A model generated the notes under the pieces. That model was not told the DNA's origin, did no database searches, and worked only from the letters and a program-made list of their open reading frames with translations. A stretch of 43,706 nt of DNA from Octopus bimaculoides (Eukaryota), in assembly GCF_001194135.2 (NCBI RefSeq), contig NC_068990.1, positions 66,037,707 through 66,081,412 on the forward strand. Reading direction: 5' to 3'. The position numbers and the translations under genes are program-made. Below, piece by piece: positions 35,426 through 43,706 of the stretch; within the stretch, counting starts at the first letter, position 1; the number at the start of each line of letters is the position of its first letter.

Positions 35426-36062
35426 TTCTTTAGTTTCTACCTAGCTAGTTCAGTCTGTTAAGTTTCTTCCATTCCTGGATTTTTTTGTTTTGCTTTGTTT
35501 TAGTCGTTAACAGACGAGAGTAGATTATCCAACGGCTTTGTCCGATATTTACAACTGGTCTTTAAAAAGTGTTAAAGCGTAATGTAAGGAACTGGAGATG
35601 AGTATGGCAATCGTCATGATAAGAAACCCAAAACATTTAGGTTTGTATCATTTACGTACAAATGTGAGTATGTGTATGTGTATATGTGTGCTTGTGCATG
35701 TTCGACTGTTTTTGTGCATGTTGTGTAACACTCGGTGAGCTCTTGGTGAATAACTAGACATCTGATCAAATACAGTCCAACTGTAACAGTTTGGCCTATC
35801 TTTAAGCTAGAGTACCGAGAAAAATGATATCTGATATGCATGTGGAGTCATCTAGCAGACAATAAATTTAAGGTAATCGTTACTTTAAATATTTTGCAGG
35901 ATTAGAAATTTGAATTTGAAATTAAGGAATATAAAAGAAATATGCCTAGAATATTCCTTTATTTCTCTATTTAAGACGCTGTAGTATGAGGTGAGGGGAA
36001 ATTTGGTTGCAATTTCTAGCAGGTCTATCGACCATGTATAGGATGACTCGCTTGTTGTAGTT

Positions 36063-36081
36063 AGCGGAGAAAAGAAAGAGG

Positions 36082-36173
<92 letters not shown>

Positions 36174-36200
36174 GAAAGAGGGAGGAGAGAGTGAGAGAGT
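36063..36200. repeat. (AG)n/(ACAG)n microsatellite
   Basis: Direct reading. Confidence 0.96.
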
Positions 36201-36899
36201 GAGGTGTTCAGTAAAATAATTTTCTTTCCCCAGGTAGAATGAAAATGATTTGAAAGGGGTCGGAGAGGTCTGTGTCATCTTTGTAATGTCCTACAATAAT
36301 TAATGAGGTGTTCAATATTAGCGATTAATGAAATACTACCAAATAGCCAGGAAGTTTGCCAATAATTTGTACGGAGAAAACTGCAATGATGGGCTGGCAA
36401 ATAACGTTGTTTTTAATGGTGCATTTAAGAGAAAGAGAACTATGCTACATCAAGCCGTAAAAGTAATATTCTGCAAATCCCCTAATTTCGAAATCGAAGT
36501 TCAGGATACAGATACTATATTATTTTGCTATGTTTCAGAATATAAGTGCATTTTACAGACTGAGATAGATATATTCAATGCATATTTGAATGCATTGTAC
36601 CAACTATCAGTCTTTAAGTATTTGTCTCATACGTTGGCGATTTTCTTAAATTTGATAGCTTCACAGAATCCAAGGGGAATTAATCTTACGAGGGACGGTT
36701 AATAATATATTATTGTGTAATAAATTGCGGAAAGGACGACAGAAAGAAACCAAATAAATTAATAAAATATGTGATCGCTTTCTTAAATGCCATGGAAACC
36801 GAAATAAGCTCCGACCGGATACGTACTAATGCTTGTATCAGATGTATGTATGTATGTATGTATGTATGGATGGATGGATGCATGGATGCATGGATACAT

Positions 36900-37053
36900 A
36901 TAACTAAAAGAGGGTATAAAGTTAGTATTAAAGTGTTAAATAATTATTTTAGTGTGCGGGGTGAGGTAGATTTGGAATTACTCATTTCACTACCCCCACC
37001 CCCAAATAATTATTTAACACTTTAATACTAACTTTATGCCCTCTATTAGTTAT
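36900..37053. mobile_element. palindromic MITE-like / fold-back element with 50-bp inverted arms
   Basis: 36900-36949 vs the reverse complement of 37004-37053 are 48/50 identical. The 54-bp core has further G-run/C-run complementarity, and TA occurs at both outer ends. Confidence 0.75.
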
Positions 37054-37884
37054 GTATTTGATTGCCTTTTGTTTTGCACTTAGCGCTTATCTACGTGCTA
37101 TTATTATTGTTATGTATATTAATACATGTATAGGAGACCGATTGTTGAAGCTTGCAAATGTATGTACCCATGTATGGGTTAATATAATAATATATAATAA
37201 ATATTTAGATTGGGTATATAGGCATGTTTGTACTTGAGTGTATGTATGTGTATGTAAGTGTGCATATGTGTATATGAGAGTACATATGTGTATATGTATA
37301 TACATATATTTATTTATTATATTCATATGAGTCTGTGCATACGCATGTATATGTATTGGGAATTGATTTTGTGTGTATGAGTGCATGAACAAATTGTAGT
37401 AAGAGCTTGCATCTGTAATAACAATTTGCAAGTATTTTAGTTTGTAATCATTTATTTAATTAGGGATATATACTTTTACTTATTTAATTAACCACTAGGG
37501 TGACTGACGTATAGATAGTTTAAATCAATTAGCTGTTTGATTGACTAGTCAGCTCACTGATTAGGTGCATTGGCTGGTAGATCAGCAATCTGATTTTTGA
37601 CTTGATAATCTCTCAAATCTAGGCGTCGTACCCTAGTTATTACCTTCCCTTAACCATAAATATTCTCCTTAATTTTCCTACGGAATAAATTCTTTTCATT
37701 GTCTTTACTAATTTCATATTCCTACTTTATGATTTAAAAAGCTTTTGGACACCCAACCCCACCGCCTTAATTCCAAATAAGCACCTTTAGTTCTATATAT
37801 ACTGTCCTAAGCGCTTTAGAGCCCCTTACAACATATACCATTTTTCCATTCATTCATTTATTTATCTTACCCGTATACGCTCCC

Positions 37885-38900
37885 GTGCCTCTGACATCAC
37901 TGTTTTGCTGATTAACAATTGCTCGGCACATCTCCAGACTCCCTTCTTCCCAGCTGCTTGTTCTGCTGTGATGATGAAATTGGTTTCACAATGGTCCTGG
38001 TGGAAGAGGTTTAAGCATGCTGTATATATCTTGTACATTAAGTTCTGGCCGGTAGTTTATTGCCATGTTGGTTGTTCTTCATTTGGGGATCAATTTTGTC
38101 TCTGCCAGATCTAATCAATGTGGTGTGCTGATGTTCCCATTGAGAGCTTGCTGGTACACATTGATAAGATATGGTCAGTAGAAGGTTAGCTTTTTGTACC
38201 AATATCCAAAAATCAAGTCTCTTCCAGATGCTTTTTTTATTCTGGTGTTTCTGGATCACATTTGCAAGTGCCTCACAACAATGTTGTATGTCTTGGGTGT
38301 AACACAGGAGCAATCAATTCTTCGGATTACTTCCAGCCACAGATCATCTTGGTTAAACTCCTCTTCACTCCAGATTTTCGTCCAGAAAGAGTCTATGTCT
38401 TCTCGTGAAGGAGCTTCTATGATGTTCACTACTCCTCCTCTCATGCCTCTGTATACTGCTACCTGGTTAATTTTTTGTTTATTGTTCTTCTCTCGGTTAT
38501 TCTCTTTTGATGTCGGAGTTTTTCATTGAGAGCCTTTAGCTCCTGCTTGAGAGTAATCAGTTTGCAAATGAGTGTCCCCTTTTTGTGTCTCCAAACATTA
38601 TTTCTATCTCCTTCTTTACTTTCTGTTGGTGGGACGTATAGCGATTTGCTTGTTTGCACGCAATAAGCATCATTACATAACTGATGGTCTTCCGCAAACC
38701 ACATATCTTTTTCTCTGTTTTAAAAATCCACGATGGTACTTTCTTTGTTGTTTCAGTTTTGTTTACTTTTTGAATGTCAATCGTGTACTGCTTTGCAGTA
38801 GTAGACAGAACATGTAGACAGGCGTTAAGCTGCCAGAATTTGGGTTCATCACACTGCTGTAAATACATCACCAATTTTGTTAACACCTTTTAATACCATT
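37885..38900 (-). mobile_element. R4/Dong-like non-LTR retrotransposon fragment (pre-RT region and RT N-terminus)
   Basis: Minus frames: VPSWIFKTEKKICGLRKTIS; LKQELKALNEKLRHQKR; APSREDIDSFWTKIW..FNQDDLWL; KASGRDLIFGYWYKKL; NYRP; LMYKIYTACLNLFHQDHCETNFIITAEQAAGKKGVWRCAEQLLISK. This motif series is typical of R4-clade (RLE-type) elements. Truncated before the RT core. Confidence 0.8.
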
Positions 38901-38924
38901 TCTGGTGGTTTTTTTTACTTACTT

Positions 38925-38927
38925 TCG

Positions 38928-38961
<34 letters not shown>

Positions 38962-39020
38962 TGTATGTATGTATGTATGTATGTATGCATGCATGTACGT
39001 ATGTACGTATGTGCGTATGT
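38925..39020. repeat. (TATG)n microsatellite
   Basis: Direct reading. Confidence 0.96.
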
Positions 39021-39994
39021 ATATAAAAAAAAACTTTCTGAAAGCATCAATTTTTACTTATCTAACACATTTAAAAATAACACAGGCTCCATGAAAGGAA
39101 AGTTTTGTGTAAGCCAAGCACTTTTTTACATTTTTCAGCGTTTCAAACGCACACGACATTTGAACCACTATCCATCCGTTGTTATTTGTTTTTTCTTCAC
39201 CTAACTCGGAACCTGCAATGTGCTTGGATCTAGAGTTGACAGACGGGGGTGCAATAAGTGGCGTTAGTGTACCCATGTGTGACCGCAATAACTCGTTGTG
39301 TATTCAGTCGTCCATTTAGGATTTTGCGCACAACCGAGTGTACAAATTCGTGTTTAATTTAGTGAGTACGTATTTGTCCTTATACATTGTGTGTACATTA
39401 TAGTGCTATCATCGACCTGACCTTGCTGCCTGTACTATTTACATACCTGACTCTCTTTAATCCCTTAAATTTCATATATATATACAGTACAAGTTATACA
39501 TATGCCCAATATATAGTTATATATATTCCCAGTATATAGTTATATATATACAGTAAATAGTTGCGTATATATACCATATATTAGGTATATATTCGTAAGA
39601 TTTTGTACCTATATTCAGATATGCATGTATAATACATATCTGGTTCAATGTTTCTTAGCTAGATCGTGCTGTGATAGTACTTGCAAAATCCAAAGTAGTA
39701 GAAGTTTATCGATCTCAGTTTTCTATTTCAGAGAATAACATTGCAATTATTTACGAACCTGTATTCAGATATTTCCCAAAACAACCGTTACGTCTGACCA
39801 GAAACCTTCTCCTTTGTCAAATTCTGACTGTCTTGTTGAGATATATGCCACACATTTTTGCATTCACAACTGCATATCTTGCTGTGTTAGCACTTACAAC
39901 TTCCCTCAGAAGAAATTAGCAACAAATTGATAACCAGTTAAATCGTTAACTCTGCATATGTTGAGTTACTTCTAAACGTACATACAACCCTCTC

Positions 39995-40081
39995 GCCCAC
40001 ACAAACACACACAGACTCACAGACACACACAGACACACACACACACAGACACACACACACACACACAACCACACACACACG

Positions 40082-40132
<51 letters not shown>

Positions 40133-40612
40133 ATACATACGCTTGTATATGCATGTATGTGTTTGTTTTCAGGCATCGATCTTTATAGTGTGTCACACTA
40201 ATCTCGAGAAAGATCAGCAATATTATTGCAAATGGAGAAAATAAAACAAAAAAAAATGTGTGATTTACTNNNNNNNNNNNNNNNNNNNNNNNNNNNNNNN
40301 NNNNNNNNNNNNNNNNNNNNNNNNNNNNNNNNNNNNNNNNNNNNNNNNNNNNNNNNNNNNNNNNNNNNNNNNNNNNNNNNNNNNNNNNNNNNNNNNNNNN
40401 NNNNNNNNNNNNNNNNNNNNNNNNNNNNNNNNNNNNNNNNNNNNNNNNNNNNNNNNNNNNNNNNNNNNNNNNNNNNNNNNNNNNNNNNNNNNNNNNNNNN
40501 NNNNNNNNNNNNNNNNNNNNNNNNNNNNNNNNNNNNNNNNNNNNNNNNNNNNNNNNNNNNNNNNNNNNNNNNNNNNNNNGTATGTATATATGTATGCGTG
40601 TAAATGTATATA

Positions 40613-40644
<32 letters not shown>

Positions 40645-40910
40645 CACTTTATACACACACACATATATACGTGTATATATGTATATACACACGTACACTC
40701 ACAAAAACGTATATATGTATGTATATGTACATATACTCACAAATAATGTGTGTGACTATATCTGCATGCATGCGTGTGTATGTGTTTTGCAATACGTAGA
40801 GATAAAACGTATTTTCCAGTTAACATGTAATAATACATACACATACATATACATACATTCGTATACATACATACATGCACACACATGTATATATATATAT
40901 ATATATATAT
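39995..40910. repeat. compound (CA)n(CT)n, gap, and (TA)n/(TACA)n tracts
   Basis: Direct reading. Confidence 0.9.
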
Positions 40911-42689
40911 GACAGAGAGATAAATAACATGATAGATGCACTAATGATCAATTCTCAATGAGAGACAAGTGTTATATTCATATTTAATAAAGAAGTTAGC
41001 ATTGCCAACTACCTGCAATGCATAATACTTCTACTAATGGTAATTATTTTATTGACTAATGCGAGATAATTTTGGCCACAGTAATATTTGCATATGTATT
41101 CAACCAGTTGAGAATAGTTTGCTGTTTGATAAATATCAATACATTTTTCATTAATGAACTGGGTTGTGAAGTACATCTGCAATAATCGCATCATAAGGGA
41201 CATCATATTGATGTCATCTACAACCTTTAGTTGTTGTCATCCGTAGCCGTCCTCTCAACAGAAGAAAGTCTATACTGATGTTCCCAACAATATTCTCAAA
41301 AATGGGACTTATTTTCCAAAGGGCTTCGCTCATCTCATAATAATACAATGATGAGCTGACTGTTATATGATGCACTCTTACATCTCATTTCACTGCACAC
41401 TCAAACAGAATTGCACTCAGTTACGCTCTAAGTACTGGTGTATCTCATGGTTAGGATTGTAGTCCCCTGATAAAGGACTGCGTTTTACAAAAGCTAGCAT
41501 TTGCTACTTTGAGTGGCAAATGTTGTATATTGCAGTGCATGGTCGTTAACAGTGAAAACCCAAACTGCCCATTCTAATCTCTGTAGGTTGCTTCTTACAG
41601 AGCAGTTTTATATTTGTTGTTCATATTTGATATTTTAAATAACTTTCGGTATGGCGGTGAGCATCCCTAATTCAGTTTCTCTCACAACTTCATTATACCG
41701 TTCTCAGTTGATAAACATGTCACGGTTAAATTCCAACAGTACGACTGACCGGATATCCGCTAGTAGTAATCCCCATCTTTAAAAATAGTAATGACATATT
41801 TTAACTACATACGTCCTTTCGACTTTTCTCGCATGCCGCTAACGTATAGTTACAGACCCCTGTATGTGTATACTGAGATGCAAAAGTGATCAGCTATTTA
41901 TAAACTTCCTTCTTCCCGCCGTTCATCCATTCACTCAGTAGTATACATCCATCTGGCTACCGTCACGTCAAACAGTTATTCAACTCACAGTGCACCTCGG
42001 GAAGTGACTGGAAGCGTGAAACTCCGGCAGGGTAGCTAAGTCTTTTTGCGTGTTTATTACAATATTATATACAATACACTCAAGTTAAATCTCAGTCAGA
42101 CATGTGTTTATACAGCATAGATGTCCTAATATGTAACATTTAATTGTATTCTGATTGTTTAATTGTATTATAAGTGCATCTAGGGTAAACATATCCAAGC
42201 AGCGTTATACAAGGTAAGTACTCTTACGAGTTTTTGAAGTGACCTGAAAAGTTCATTGTTTGATATGGTATAATTTGGTTCAAGGTATAATTTAGGTGGG
42301 GAAGTTATATGTGCTTAGTGCAGATGATAGCAGAGGGTGTTGTAAAATACGATATGGCAATACAGTCTGATTTCATTTAACCTTAGAATGACCCTTAAGG
42401 TTTTAAGGAAATAGCATGAAAATAAACTTACTAGTCGGAGAAACCTCAACTAGGTCAAGGCTTGTTTCCCCACAAACCATATAAAATAAAGATAGAAAGT
42501 ACTTTAAGCATAAATAGATATATTAAGAAGAATCAAGAGAATTAGGAACGGAACTGGAAATAAAAAAGTAAAAACGAACTGAATTTATTGTTAGATTGTT
42601 CATGCTAGCCATAGTAAATCTACAACTTTTGACTAGGTACCTATTCCGTCTACTCTTACGTGCGTAATATCGTATAAAAAATTCTTTTT

Positions 42690-43430
42690 TGGGAAGTTTA
42701 TATACACCTTCTGGAAGAATGCAGGCACCTGGGGTCTAAAACGTGTCTCTGGTTCAATAATTTTTATCTAGAGGTAACAATATGGAATATTTCTTCCAAG
42801 CATAAATTACATTCCGAGTTCCGAATGGTTTATGGTGAAGGTCTACTAATTATTCCCCATTTTATAACGAATTTCGTATTTTTATCTTTTAATGCCCATG
42901 TAAACCTACTCAGGCTTGTACTATTCGTTTTATCTCTATCCTTGAACGAAGAAAGGTGGTTAAGCAAGCTCTGCTTAAAGTCTGTAAAGCATGGCCCTAT
43001 GTAATAATTCGAAATTCCATCCGCCATAGCATTACACCTGCAAATAATATTTTGTATGAGCATTGTCCATTAAGTAGACATATTTTATTCTTACAGTTAC
43101 AAAAAATGTTCTATGATATTAGTACTACACTTGCTACTGGCGGAAGAATTCTGTACCTCACCTATATTGTTACTTATTATCCTATTGTTATTACTAATTT
43201 GGCCATACGTTAAATATTCTATATTCATTGCATTTGCTGCAAATGAATATGGTCTGTGTTCAGTTACCTCTCTTACTCTAACTTTCATAAGCTCATTATT
43301 GTTTTCTCTCACATTTTTTGCCACTCGGGTATTTATAAGCTCCCTCGATTCATTTGTGTTACGTCCCACGATATGTGCATATTGCTATCAAAACCAGTCA
43401 TATAATTACTATTAATACTAGTTTCACAGT
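42690..43430 (-). mobile_element. Penelope-like element 3' fragment, Neptune-type (Cys-rich linker plus GIY-YIG endonuclease)
   Basis: CNCKNKICLLNGQC (frameshift) LIQNIICRC...NYYIGPCFTDFKQSLLNHLSSFKDRDKTNSTSLSRFTWALKDKNTKFVIKWGIISRPSP, then ECNLCLEEIFHIV...LLNQR...RCLH. ORFs 42830-43063 and 43097-43369. Confidence 0.9.
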
Positions 43431-43431
43431 A

Positions 43432-43652
43432 TTAAGGCGGCGATGTGGCAAAATCGTTACCATGTCTGGCAAAACGCTTAGCACGATTTTGTCAGTCTTT
43501 ACGTTCGGGATTAAAATATCAACAGGCTCGATTCTGCCTTATTTATCGGAGTCGATGAAATAAGTAACAGTTGAGAACTGGAGTCGATTTAATCGATTTA
43601 ATACACTTCCCACAAAAATGCTGGCCTTGTCCCAAAATCTGAACCCAATATT
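43432..43652 (+). mobile_element. SINE family A, full length (tRNA-derived)
   Basis: Head 'aaggcggcgatgtggcaaaatcgttacc' (A-box-like), body 'gagtcgatgaaataagtaacagttgagaactggagtcgatttaatcga', tail 'aaatgctggccttgtcccaaaatctgaaccc'. Confidence 0.88.
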
Positions 43653-43706
43653 GGTTCCATTATCCGTTATTACTAGGTGCTTATTGAATTCTTTGGTTCT
43701 AATAGT

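Noticed and set aside
39720-39919. Acceptor-like TTTTCTATTTCAG followed by an open frame
   Set aside because: No matching donor and no recognisable protein similarity.
10577-40799. All ORFs containing X runs (up to 310 aa) and YI/CV/TH/LS dipeptide ORFs
   Set aside because: They are produced by N gaps and dinucleotide or tetranucleotide repeats that lack stop codons.
41000-41210. Possible fifth PLE GIY-YIG remnant
   Set aside because: Only a loose resemblance (SQLVEYICK..., SIMHC). Mentioned as tentative and not listed as a feature.
41459-41525. Two hairpins separated by ACAAAA (H/ACA snoRNA-like)
   Set aside because: The hairpins are too short, with no pseudouridylation pockets and no terminal ACA box.

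Overview
Eukaryotic, AT-rich, repeat-saturated non-coding DNA from a draft assembly, with 10 N-gaps totalling about 2.7 kb. The SINE families and microsatellite load look like an octopus or other coleoid cephalopod genome; this is inference from pattern recognition, not a database result. I cannot support any intact host CDS, tRNA, rRNA or CRISPR array, and most listed ORFs are microsatellite or N-gap artefacts. What can be supported: (i) decayed autonomous elements, namely an RTE/BovB-like LINE with an inverted 5' part, an R4/Dong-like LINE fragment, 2 clear and 2-3 weaker Penelope-like (GIY-YIG) 3' fragments, a DD41D Tc1/mariner fragment and an internally deleted mariner; (ii) about 20 SINE copies or fragments from at least 3 families; (iii) a 154-bp palindromic MITE-like element, a 22-bp minisatellite, a diverged ~190-bp duplication and many simple repeats. 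No new biological system is demonstrated. The best leads are a minimal hammerhead-ribozyme fold with a non-canonical core base (34082-34118), a twin-priming-like RTE insertion (16151-17630), an unexplained CpG-rich island (about 7005-7110) and a paired-YY1 promoter-like patch (26070-26156). Boundaries of decayed elements are approximate (+/- tens of bp).
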